Shown here: positions 26,201 to 37,321 of the stretch, piece by piece
How positions within the stretch are numbered: position 1 is the stretch's first letter
How the letters are laid out: every line of letters starts with the position of its first letter
Assembly (NCBI RefSeq): GCF_018350175.1
Contig: NC_058368.1
Span: forward strand, 213,902,001 to 213,966,000
Source of the DNA: Felis catus
Taxonomy: Eukaryota
DNA: 64,000 nucleotides
Reading direction: 5' to 3'
Notes under the pieces: model-generated
What the model was told of the DNA's origin: nothing
Databases searched by the model: none
What the model saw: the letters and a program-made list of their open reading frames with translations, nothing else
Position numbers and translations under genes: made by a program

Positions 26201-26484
26201 CTTAGTAGACAGGGATGGTCCACGTCTGAAGAGGCAAAGGTTTCAGGGAGTCTGAGGAGTTAAACCTGTATGTCCTCATCTCAGGTTTCCAGGTCTCTTC
26301 CCTTGGTCAGTACCTTGGTTGGCCGTCAATTTTCTTCAGGGTCCATCCAATTCTGACCCTGCACTTGGTCCTGGTCCTCTTGGACTGATCCCTGCAGGTA
26401 ACAAGAGCTTTTTTGTGTGCCTCGAACAGTCCGTCTGGCTTCCACTTGCCTTTCCTCCCCATCTCCTGTTACATTTCTGTGGAC

Positions 26485-26645
26485 CACTGGTTCTCCAAAC
26501 ATCAGCTTTACCTGGGAACCTCTTAGAAATGCAGGTTTGTAGCCTTCTTCATCTGCTGAATCAGAAACCCTGGGGTGGGGAGCAAGCAATCTGAGATTTA
26601 GCAAGCTGTCCAGGTGATCTCAAAGCACACTAAAATTTGAGGGGC
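26485..26645. mobile_element. MER5A
   Basis: acctgggaacctcttagaaatgca...ctgaatcagaaaccctggggtgggg...ccaggtgat...cactaaaatttgag. Confidence 0.8.
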
Positions 26646-27604
26646 TTAGTGCAGCATCAGTGGTGCTTAGCAGTAGCTGTCTATCCCATTATACTTATAG
26701 CACGCATTTTCTCATAGTCTTAAGTACCTGGTACACTGCATCTGCTTCCGCTCGTATACCCTCCCAATTCACCATCTTTGAAAGTTTCAGTTGGCCTGCC
26801 ATCTGGTGCCAGGGACTCCAACTACCACCTTGATGGGGTCCTCATTGCCAGTGGGTGCTAAGTGATTCAGATCTAAAATCCCTTCTTGTCTCTGGTTTTC
26901 TTGGTTCATACCTGGAGGTACACACACTGGATTCTGCAGAAGCAGATGCTAAGATGAAGTTTGGGTGCCCAGTGTTTCTTAGGGATCTTTGCCTGGGAGG
27001 GGAAGAGTGTGTAAGCAAGACTGGACAGAGGGATTATTTGGACTATGAGTCAGTCCTAACAGCCCCTGTCAACCTCGTGGTGATCCAAGGAAGGAGAGCA
27101 AAAAAAAAGCATCAGTTTATGTTTTCCTTTTCCCATCTTGACCTCCATGCATACTCTATTCTGCCACCTCTCATGTGTTCTTCGTTTCAGGAACCTTCTA
27201 ATTTTACTCAGCATATTTGATCCTTTTACTGTTTTTTTCCCCCTATCAAAACCTGCTATTACTTTCGAGATTATTTTTCCCTTTTTTTTTTTTTTAGTAT
27301 ATTGGGAGTTTAGCCAAAGGTCAATTACTGTGTTATTTTACAAATAAGAGGAAGATAGAGAAATTTAGATCTAGAAAGTTCTTTATGTTGTCTGAACTCC
27401 TGTTATTACACATGAGGAAATAGGTTAAATACTGGTGACCGGGCAGTCCTTTTTCATCTTGTTAATACTGTTCTTCCTACCAACCTGTGAAGGAACACAT
27501 TTAAAACCTCTTTTGTCAGACGTGAATCTAGAAAATACAGTCTATTTTTAAATAAAAATAATTTGCTACTTTACTTTTAAACTCACTTTTGGTTCCCCCC
27601 TCAG

Positions 27605-27691
27605 GCCATCAAGCCCTGTCGCCCTATGACCAACAATGCTGGCAGGCTTTTCCACTATCGAATTACAGTCTCCCCTCCTACAAACTTTTTG
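27605..27691 (+). CDS. DROSHA: DROSHA coding exon, 87 nt (AIKPCRPMTNNAGRLFHYRITVSPPTNFL)
   Basis: ccctcag|GCC ATC...TTT TTG|gtaagt. Confidence 0.97.
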
Positions 27692-28074
27692 GTAAGTTCC
27701 TAACAAAATCAGATTTCATTCGTTTTAAAATGTAAATAGGTTGAATGTGTGCAAGTAAGTTAAAATGTGAATAGATTCAGTACTGATTCATTTTTTAAAT
27801 TTTCTTTAAAAAATATTTTATTTTTGATAAAATTGGCCTTTATCATAATGACTTTTATTTTGCTTCCTCTCACTGTACTACTTTCTGTACCTTTTTTTCA
27901 GTTATGTCGTCAGTACCACATAGTAGTCACATACATAATAGCCATGACTTTTGGAGCTATTCATTGGAGCTATGGGAGTTGGAAGAATGCACAGAACACT
28001 TTTGCATCTCTTAAAAATCCGTGAATAGCTAATATAAGCTAGCAATCAAGAAGGTCTATTGTATTTATGACAAT

Positions 28075-28310
28075 AGTAGTAATACCTAATATTTATCAAC
28101 TGTGGTACCAGGAACCACTCTAAGTATTTGACATGTGTTAACTTTTTTCTCACAACAAACCAATGAAGTAGAATTATTATCCCCACTATACAGATGGAGC
28201 AGTAGTCCACGTTTTACTCTGAGGTTAAGTAACTTGCTCAAGATTATTCAGATAGTAAGGGTTGAGTGAGGATTTAAGACAGTTTGACTGTAGTGTGCAT
28301 GACTGTTGGC
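28075..28310 (-). mobile_element. MIR
   Basis: attattatccccactatacagatg...ctgaggttaagtaacttgctcaagatt reverse core. Confidence 0.7.
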
Positions 28311-28419
28311 TGTTGCACTTTGCTGTGTTGTCTTTCACAGTGCATAATTTATTAATTCTGGTTACTTGTATCCAGAGATTTCAATTTCAAAATTAGATTG
28401 TTAGTGATTATATATTTTA

Positions 28420-28990
28420 ACATTATCGAGAGATAATTCATATACCATAAATTCACCCATTTAAAGTGTATACTTCATGTTGTAATTCTTTTCACAGAAT
28501 TGTGAAACCATCACCAGAATCTAATTTCAGAACATTTTCATCATCCTGAAAAGAAAGCCTGTACTTAATGTAGTCAGTTCTTTTGTATCCCTCAGCCTTC
28601 AACTACTATTAAGAGACTTTCTGCCTCTATCATTAGCCTGTTGTAGATATTTCATGTGAATGGGATCATAGAAAATGTGATTTAGCTTCTTTCACTCAGC
28701 ATGTTTTTAAGATTCACCCATGTTGTAACATAAAACTCCATTCTTTTTTATGGCCAAATAATATTCCCTTATATGGATATACTACATTTACCTGTTTATG
28801 AGTTGACAAACATTTGTCTAGTCTCCACTTTGGGGCTCTTACGAATAATGCTGCTGTAAATTTGTAGACTTTTCTCTGTGGGTGTATGTTTTCTTTTCTC
28901 TTGGGTATAGACCTAGGACTAGAGTTGCTGGATCACGTTGTAAGTATGTTTAAGGAACTACCAAGCTGTTTTCCAAAGTGGCTATACCTT
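28420..28990 (-). mobile_element. L1 3'-end fragment (L1MB-like)
   Basis: gagataattcatataccataaattcacccatttaaagtgta...gctgttttccaaagtggctatacc. Confidence 0.85.
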
Positions 28991-29176
28991 ATTATCTTGT
29001 CAGAAGTTCTTTCTATTATATTTAATTTAGACCAGCTTTAATTAGAGATATCCGGATAGAAAGTTAACAGTAATATTATGTTACTAATGTACAAAACAAC
29101 TAATGTACATGTGGATATTCTTTAGCATGTTCTTTCCGTTCTTCACGTATATATAATGTTTAAAAGAATAATGTTC

Positions 29177-29403
29177 GGGGCGCCTGGGTGGCGCAGTCGG
29201 TGAAGCGTCCGACTTCAGCCAGGTCACGATCTCGCGGTCTGTGAGTTCGAGCCCCGCGTCAGGCTCTGGGCTGATGGCTCAGAGCCTGGAGCCTGTTTCT
29301 GATTCTGTGTCTCCCTCTCTCTCTGCCCCTCCCCCGTTCATGCTCTGTCTCTCTCTGTCCCAAAAATAAATAAAAACGTTGAAAAAAAAATAAAAAAAAA
29401 AAA
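29177..29403 (+). mobile_element. Young SINEC_Fc-type CanSINE
   Basis: CpG-rich near-consensus ggggcgcctgggtggcgcagtcgg...; perfect 16-bp TSD taaaagaataatgttc (29161-29176 and 29404-29419). Confidence 0.97.
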
Positions 29404-30149
29404 TAAAAGAATAATGTTCAATACCTGTGTTAAAAACTGTCTTTTAAGTTACCAGTCTTGATAATTAGTTCCATAGTTAGCATCTAGGATTAAAAATGGT
29501 GGATTATAAGAATAGCATAAGGAAGATAATCTCATACACTTAGATTAACAATTGTATGTTTTAATCACAGATTGAATTTTCAGATAATTAATGTTTTTGA
29601 CATTATGTGGGAATTGATTTGTAACTGTGTGTGGTGGGTAGCTTCTCTTTGGAGGGCCTGGGAATGGCGTTGTGAGGGGTTGTGCCTGTGGCACCCTGAC
29701 GTCTTTCGGAGACTTTCAGGTGGTTGCTAGTCTTGACTATCGTGATCCTGAGTTTTTTTTCCAGTTTGAGCTTTGAGTTGACTGTGCTATTATCTTGTTC
29801 TTGTTAGGACTTTTGTTAGGTCAGAAATATAGTTCAGTAAGAATAGATCTGGTAGTATTGTGGGATTAAATACAACAAGTTCCTAGAAAATGAAGCCATA
29901 TAGCCTTTTTCTCCTTTATGATACCCATAATAAACATTTTGATAGTCTCAGTATGTAAATATTATTGAAGCTAGAGAATTCCACCAACCAAGAGAATTCC
30001 ACCTAAAATTAAACTTTTGTATAAAGTTGTCCCTGGAGTTTAGAAAAATGTCAGTGGAGTCCATTGTTGATAGCTTTGTATTCTTATGGATTTCTGCACA
30101 TGCAAATTATATTATTTAATTCATGCTTTGCGTTTCTGTTTGCTTTCAG

Positions 30150-30236
30150 ACTGACAGACCAACTGTTATAGAATATGATGATCATGAGTATATCTTTGAA
30201 GGATTTTCTATGTTTGCACATGCCCCCCTGACCAAT
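30150..30236 (+). CDS. DROSHA: DROSHA coding exon, 87 nt (TDRPTVIEYDDHEYIFEGFSMFAHAPLTN)
   Basis: ctttcag|ACT GAC...ACC AAT|gtaagt. Confidence 0.97.
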
Positions 30237-31164
30237 GTAAGTATGTGCTAATTGACTGGCTTTCTCCTTTCCTGTACCCTCTTCTTTCTTTTCATTCTTT
30301 CCCTCTAAAAGTCAAAATAAATTTTTTTCTTCTGGCTTCTAAGTAACATTTACTTTGTGTTCCTCTGCATGAGCTGCAGGAAGTCTGCAGCGGCTTGTGT
30401 CAGGTGGGGGTGTGACATCTGTGCTAATGAGTCACAGGTTTGGTCCACATTAAATGGTGTAAGTAAACATGTGTCAGAATAACATTTTGAGAGTGTGAAA
30501 GATTGAAAAAGAAGGATAAACTGTGGATTAATGTGTTGAAGCTATTTTGAGTTGGGTGTCCTTCAGAAGAAGGTTGGAAAGTTTTAAGGAGCAGCTATTT
30601 AGTCTTGGAGCTATAGAAAAAGAAATAGCGCTGTGTACAGGACATCTGGACCCTGAATTAATTTCATACAAGTCTCTGCTTTCAAATCCCAGGACTATGT
30701 CTTATTTAAGAGATTTGGTCTGACATACAGATCTGTGATATTTTTATATAGGTATTAAAGCTGCTTTGTTGGTAATTGGTTCAAAGGGGAAGTTCTGTAT
30801 CTGTGAGTCAAAATCTTTCTCTTTCAAAGCTAACAGTCTTGGTAATTGTCTTCTTCCGTATTCTAGTTGGACATAGAGTACAATTTGCTGGCAGCTCGAA
30901 AAGGCAGTACAGCAGTATACTTTACCCAGTCTAGATGCTGGGTGCCTTAATGTGCCTGCATTAAAATACAATGTTCTTTAAATCCTTTCTGAATTGGTTA
31001 TAAGAAATTACATTTGCAGTTTAAAAAGTTATTTAAGTGCTGTTTACTCAAAATGTGAAATTCTGTTCCATTGGAGAGTAAAGAATAAAATTTGCCTAAC
31101 TTTGTTCCTTTCTGTCATTCTTTTTTCTTTATAAGTAGACATGATTCTATAATAGTGATACTAA

Positions 31165-31415
31165 TTTATTTATTTAATGTTTGTTTATTTTTTGAGAGAG
31201 GGAGAGAGAGTGCGAGCACGAGCGGGGGAGGGGCAGAGAGAGACACACACACACACACACGCACACACACACGCACGCATGCACAGAATCTGAAGCAGGC
31301 TCCAGGCTTTGAGCTGTCAGCACAGGGCCTGACGCAGGGCTTGAGCACATGAACCGCGAGATCATGACCTGAGCCAAAGTCAGATGCTTAACTGAATGAG
31401 CCACCCAGGTACCCC
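31165..31415 (-). mobile_element. CanSINE with internal (CA)n expansion
   Basis: Typical body; TSD tagtgatactaattta. Confidence 0.95.
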
Positions 31416-31440
31416 AGTAGTGATACTAATTTAAAGCAGA

Positions 31441-31745
31441 TTCTTTTCTCTTCTTTTCTTTTCTTTTCTTTTCTTTTCTTTTCTTTTCTTTTCTCTTCTC
31501 TTCTCTTCTCTTCTCTTCTCTTCTTTTTGATTTTTTTTAATATTTATTTATATTAGAGAGAGAGAGAGAGCAGGGGAGGGGCAGAGAGAGAGAGATGGAG
31601 ACAGAATCTGAAGCAGGCTGCAGGCTCTCAACTGTTAGTACAGAGCCCGACAGCTTGCGAGCTGTGGGGCTGGAACTCCCAAGCTGTGACATCATGACCT
31701 GAGCCGAAGTCGGATGCTCAACTGACTGAGCTACCCAGGTGCCCC
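31441..31745 (-). mobile_element. CanSINE with a tail converted to (CTTTT)n/(CTTCT)n
   Basis: Pentamer tail 31441-31527; TSD aaagcagatt. Confidence 0.93.
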
Positions 31746-31810
31746 AAAGCAGATTGTTTTCTTAATGGAATTTTTCTTACTCTACTATATATTTTATCCT
31801 AGAGAATTTT

Positions 31811-31941
31811 CAAGCTCCAGGCTCTCAGCTGTCAGTACAGAGCCTGACAGTATGAGCCCATGGGGCTTGAACTCCCGAGCTATGAGATCATGACCGGAGC
31901 TGAAGTTGGACACTCAGCCGGCTGAGTCACCCAGGTGCCCC
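31811..31941 (-). mobile_element. Partial CanSINE copy (part of a local tandem duplication)
   Basis: Only the 5' half of the SINE, followed by the same unique flank as the preceding copy. Confidence 0.85.
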
Positions 31942-32549
31942 AAATCAGATTGTTTTTTTAATGGAATTTTTCTTCACCATATATTTTATCCTAGAGAATT
32001 TTCTTTAGAAGATAGTTACATTCTAAATATAAAAATAAAATCATTTGATAATATATATAACATCTACCTTCACTGTGGACCATAATATAGAAACGAATGT
32101 AATGTTGGACCATTCTTTTTCTGAGATATAATTGACATATACCATTATATTAATTCCAGGTACATAGTGTAATGATTCAACATCTGTACATATTGTGAGA
32201 TGATCACCACAGGAAGTTTAGTAACATCCATCACAACACAGTTACAAAATTTTACATTGAACCATTCTTTAATAGTCTTTATGAAAAGCCACTAAAAGGA
32301 TTTTGAATTTTGATGGTTTCTTTACTTTTTTTTTTTTTAATGTCTCAGGCACTCCAACCTTTTGTTACACCAAACCTCATAGTCTCAGAGTAGGAAAGGC
32401 CATTGGAAGTCCTATAGCCCAGCTCCCCCAACATAATATATTTCTTTTTTCCCCTCAGTGGGCTTGTAAATATAAATAATTTAGTTGCTATGAAAATATT
32501 TAAAGTTATCTATCTTATCTCTTATTTCCTTAGAAGTAGTATAGATCTT

Positions 32550-32898
32550 GGGATGCCTGGGTGGCTCAGTCAGCTAAACGTCCGACTCTTTATTTCGGCT
32601 CGGGTCATGATCCCAGGGTCATGGGGAACAAGCCCCGTGTTGGGCTCCGCACTGAACATGGAGCCTGCTTAAGATTATTTCTCTCCGGGGTGCCTGGGTG
32701 GCTCATTCAGTTAAGCATCTGACTCTTGATTTCAGCTCAAGTCATGACCTCATGGTTTTGTGAGTTTGAGACCTGCATAGGGCTCTGCACTGACCACTTG
32801 GAGCCTGCTTGGGATTCTCCCTCTCTGCCTCTCCCCCTTGTTTGCTCTCTCTCTCTCTGTCTCTCTTAAAATAAATAAACTTAAAAAAAAAAACAAAT
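32550..32898 (+). mobile_element. Two head-to-tail CanSINEs (32550-32686 and 32687-32898)
   Basis: Two gg.tgcctgggtggctca heads and a single A-tail. Confidence 0.9.
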
Positions 32899-32934
32899 AA
32901 TCTCATCTTAACTTTCAGGCTCACCTTAATCAAA

Positions 32935-33160
32935 GGAGGAAAGCATTGTGGCTCCAGAGAAACCAGGGGTTTAAACATTAGTGAATTCCACTTACTAGCT
33001 GTATGGTTTGACATTTCAGTCTTTATAATCCTTGATTTTCTTATCTGTAAGATGGAAGTATTAGTTGTAGCAATCTTACCAGCTTCTGGGAAAAATAAAT
33101 GAGAGGACACATGAAAAGTGTTTGTCATGTTTTTTGGCACATGATACATGTTGGCATTTC
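32935..33160 (+). mobile_element. MIR
   Basis: ccacttactagctgtatggtttgac...ttttcttatctgtaagatggaa...catgaaaagtg. Confidence 0.7.
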
Positions 33161-34273
33161 TTATTTCGGGTAGTATGTCAGACCTTGGTTTGTGTCTTTC
33201 TTCTAATTCTTTTTTTTTTTTTTAAGCCAATTCTTAATATTTATGTGACCTTGGATGAGTGATTCTTTGCACTTTTTAAAAAGCCTGTCAGCACAGGGTT
33301 TGGCACTGAGAGGCTGCTAATGCTTCATTAATTGCAGTTGTTACTGTTGTTACGCAATAAAAGATAGGTCTGAAAAAATTCCTGGCTTCATATATTTTAT
33401 ATAAATACTCAAGTTCTCCAAATTTGAGAACTTAACTCTGTAATGAGAAGATAAGCCTCATCATTTATGTTAGAGATGTTGATAAAATAAATCGAGTTTT
33501 AAGCTGAATGTTGTACAGTTCATAGGGATTAGATCCATCAAAGGCCTCTTGAATTTGAAATAGCCTCCCAGAAAAAGAATTATTAAATCGCTTTACTGAT
33601 CTGATTCATTTTCTTGCTAGAGAGAGCATATCAGCAAGAAGGGCATGCAAATGACGGTAACATTAGAATCTCAGCAAATCTAGTTCTGACAAGTTTTCTT
33701 AAGATCTTCTTGAATTGAAGAGGATTGAAAGCCTTGTTGGCTAAGTATAGAGCATTTGGGAGAATTTTATCCTTTTATGTAGTACATTTTCTATTACTTG
33801 CAATACCTGATATTATTAAAGATTTTGACAACATAACTAAAGTTATAAAGATATATGTATTAGATGCATCATGTCTTGTCCTGTCCTCAAAAACACAAGA
33901 AAACCCCTGCTTTTAGTTGGCTTTCCATTTCTAGTAGTCTTACTGCCCTGGATTTAGCTGTCCAGCACGTGGAAGTAGTAGAGTTAGAATGTAGAAGTTT
34001 AGGGAGTGTTTTCTGTTTCTTTTTGGTAGTATGAAATAAGAGTTGGTGTCAGTCAGTATTCAAACATGTTTTAAGAAATGGTAGGCATTTATATTATTTG
34101 ATTGGCCACTGGCTTTGAAATAAATTGAGCTTGCCATATGTAGAAAAATGACAAATTCTCTGAGTCTTAGAGATGAAGGTTTGAATAGAAAAGGAGACTT
34201 TGCCTTTCCAGATTTGTATATCTCACAAGAGCTCTAGTGGTGTGGGTGAGAGCCCAAAAGAAAATAAAGTATA

Positions 34274-34540
34274 GGGACACCGGGTGGCTCAGTTGTTTAA
34301 GTGTTGTTTGACTTTTGATTTCGACTCAGGTCATGATCTCCTGGTTCATGAGATTGAGTCCTGTGTCTGGCTCTGCTTTGAGCATGGAGCCTGTTTGGGA
34401 TTCTCTCTCTCTGCTGCCACCAACCCCCCTCCCCCACCTCCCCTGCCCTTTTCCCCAGCTCACACATTTGCTCTCACTCTCTCTGTCTCTCTCTCTTTCG
34501 GGAAAAAAAAAAAAAAAAAAAAAGAAAAGAAATGAAAGAA
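34274..34540 (+). mobile_element. CanSINE
   Basis: gggacaccgggtggctcag...(CT)n...A-tail; TSD aaagaaaataaagtat. Confidence 0.93.
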
Positions 34541-34599
34541 AGAAAATAAAGTATGTAGAAGAGAAGAGCTCAAAGAAGGAATCCCAGGAAGTGATTTTA

Positions 34600-35730
34600 G
34601 TTGATATGGGAAAGGACCAGTGGAGTTGCTTTTGCGCATGGTAGGAGGAATCAGGTTGACACTTTTGCTCTTTCGCTGACTGCCCCTTGGGCTATTCCCA
34701 AGGGCTCTGGTCCTTTTCTCTTCTGGCTGTTCTCTCCTGAGTAATGTAGTCTCGCCCACGGTTTTTCCTCCCATGCATCTTCTGATCAAATTGATACTTT
34801 TGGCTTTGACGTGTGCTCTACACTCACATTTCAGATTGCCTTTTGGACATATCCACCTTGATATCCCCTCAAGTACCTCACCTTCAACCTATGCAAAACT
34901 GAACTTGTCCTCTTCCTCACATACTGAATTTGAGGTATTCAGAGGACACCCTAAGAATTTCTTTGTATTAATGCCATTGTGATTTATCTGTTCATTAGGC
35001 CAGAAATCTAGAGATTATTCTCTCTTTCCTTTTTCATTTCCACATCAGAACAGTCATTGTATATTTCACTAACATCTCCCTTGTTTAAGATTTGCTCTTT
35101 TATTTCCAGTCTTCTCTTCATTTGGCTCCTGGACTGTTTTTTTCATCAGACTCCAGTCTGGGCTTCCAGTGTCTGGCGTTGCTCTACTATAAACCATTGC
35201 CACACTGTTTACATAGCAGCCCATCCAAAATGTAAACTCTCTCACTTAAAGTACTTGGGTAACCTCTCGTTGCCATAAGGATAAGCCTTGAATCGGTAAC
35301 ATGGTTTATACAGTCTGTAGCACACAGTTTATACTTTTCCTGTCTAAAATCTCCTTGCTTCTCTCTCTCCATGTATTTCACGCCTGAACCGTTTAAAGAC
35401 TTAGTCTTCCCCAGCTCCCTTTTCTCTTTCTTGCTAAAAACTAAACACCTGTTCTTTCCCAACTTAATTTTTCTGGATGACCTAGAAAATTTCTCCCCAT
35501 CTTTGCAGACTCAACTCAGATGTTACCTCCTCTTTGGTTCTTTTGTACTTTATACTTTTTTGTTTGCTTATTTGTTTTCAGGTGCACTTACACGTTACAT
35601 CGTATACATTCTATTTGTACTTGTTTACATGCCTGTTTGCCTCTTTAGAGTCTTGCCTTTTAAAAAAGGCTGTGGCTTATTTTAGAGTAACTCCCAACCT
35701 AGCATAGTTGTTAGCAAAGAATAGATATTT
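34600..35730 (+). mobile_element. LINE-2 3' portion
   Basis: Pyrimidine-rich; ggacatatccaccttgatatccctcaagtacctcacc...aactgaact..., cagactcaactcagatgttacctcctct. Confidence 0.65.
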
Positions 35731-35743
35731 AAAAATATGAATA

Positions 35744-35964
35744 GGGGCACCTGGGTGGCTCATTTGATTAAGTGTCTGACTTCGCTCCAGTCATGATCTC
35801 ACAGTTCGTAAGTTTGAGCCCTCCGTTGAGCTCTGTGCTGACAGCTCAGAGCCTGGAGCCTGTTTCCGATTCTGTGTCTCCCTATTTCTGCCCCTTCTCC
35901 AACTCGCACTCGCGTGCTTGCTCTCTCTCTCTCTCTCTCTCTCTCAAAAATAAATAAATATTTA
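35744..35964 (+). mobile_element. CanSINE (felid type)
   Basis: ggggcacctgggtggctc...acagctcagagcctggagcctg...(CT)n aaaaataaataaa; TSD aaaaatatga.ta. Confidence 0.95.
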
Positions 35965-37249
35965 AAAAATATGAGTAATGCACACATTTGTAACTCAAAT
36001 ATTTTTATATGCTATAGGAATAAAGAGCTTAAAAATAATAGTGGCCTTAGTATATCACGTTAGTTGGATTTCTTATTAGAGTTAACTATAAATTTCACTC
36101 AAATTAGCCACTATCCTTAAAAAAAAAATGAAAAAGCACCAAAGAACTAAACTTCTTTTCTGAGAAACACATTTCCAGCAGATGGCATTATAAGACTATT
36201 TTTGTTTTTCTTATCATTCTTTTTGGTGGTAGAATTAAAGTTTGTTTCTGGTTGCTATGGTTTCTAAAAAGATTGCATCTATATAAAATCATCTATGGAC
36301 AGATTGAATGGCCAGAAAAGCCTACTTAACACATCTCTAGGCTTCTGAGTCTATTATTTTCCCCAGCTAGTCAGCTAACACACTACAGTGACCTCACACT
36401 TTCCCTCTCATTCCTTCCTTCATTGAAAAATATACTTATGGAAAACCTATTATATGTAGGCCCTTGGCTAGTGTCTGATGACCAAACAAAATAGATGTGG
36501 TTTTATTTCACCTGAGCCTTCCTTCATTTTCACACAGACCCTGAGTATTAGAACACCTAATGAAAGGTGTATTCTCTGGTGCCTTAGAGCTGTGGTCTAG
36601 AGCAAAATTTTCTTATTTACCAGCTCCCATTTGCCTTAGACAAGGTAGCTGATGACCCTGCCTTAGTTTCCTCCACTGTACAGTGGGGATAATAGTTGTG
36701 CCTATCTTATAGGTGTATGTGAAGTAGTACAACAGTGCCTGGCTCAATAACTGTTAGCTATTATTATTTTTATTACTGTGTATGCTTTTGCTCCAGAGCC
36801 ACATGGGCAAAGTGAGTTATATGCACTTTGGTGACAGGAATCTATAACCAATGGGTTGTCATCCAGCTGTCCCTGATGTACCTGAAGAGCTAAAGCTTCT
36901 GAAGGATTTTAAAAACCTGAGTAAAAGAAATATTTAATTGTGGTTTTATTAATATTTTAGAGGCAATATATTTGGTTTAAATGGGTTCTTATCATATTTA
37001 TGCTGCTGCTAATATAATAACATGATAGTTAATTAAGCACCAACATTATGCAGGCTTCCTGTAGAGACCAGGCTATCTGGGTTCTTGCCATTAAAATCCA
37101 GCAGTTGTGGTCAAAGCTCTGTGTATGGTACTGTTAGCAGCTTAGGTTAAGGTGAAACTTTCTCATTTGGTTCATGGCCTTCTGGGTCAGATAGCAAGTG
37201 CATGTGTACTGTGAAGGAAGAACTGAACCTATCATTTTTCTTATTGCAG

Positions 37250-37321
37250 ATTCCACTGTGTAAAGTAATTAGATTCAACATAGACTACACAATTCATTTC
37301 ATTGAGGAGATGATGCCTGAG
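37250..37321 (+). CDS. DROSHA: DROSHA coding exon, 72 nt (IPLCKVIRFNIDYTIHFIEEMMPE)
   Basis: attgcag|ATT CCA...CCT GAG|gtaaga. Confidence 0.97.

Larger units (their letters stand above)
22360..27080 (-). mobile_element. Decayed class III (ERVL) provirus: LTR16/LTR33-like ends with pol remnants
   Basis: Minus-strand RT motifs INMSPGT..IGTDLLNVFFSIP and TFTVLLPGCINSP (24385-24753), RNase H AWFADES (about 23550), integrase GTIP*GD*PAT..DDTGP (about 22800-22870), in correct order; related LTR-like segments at about 22360-22730 and 26920-27080. Confidence 0.85.

Noticed and set aside
29177..29260. tRNA-like A/B boxes in SINE heads as tRNA genes
   Set aside because: They are tRNA-derived CanSINE heads followed by CT repeats and poly(A)
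29973..30003. 13-bp direct repeat agagaattccacc x2
   Set aside because: Trivial micro-duplication; not an array or CRISPR-like structure
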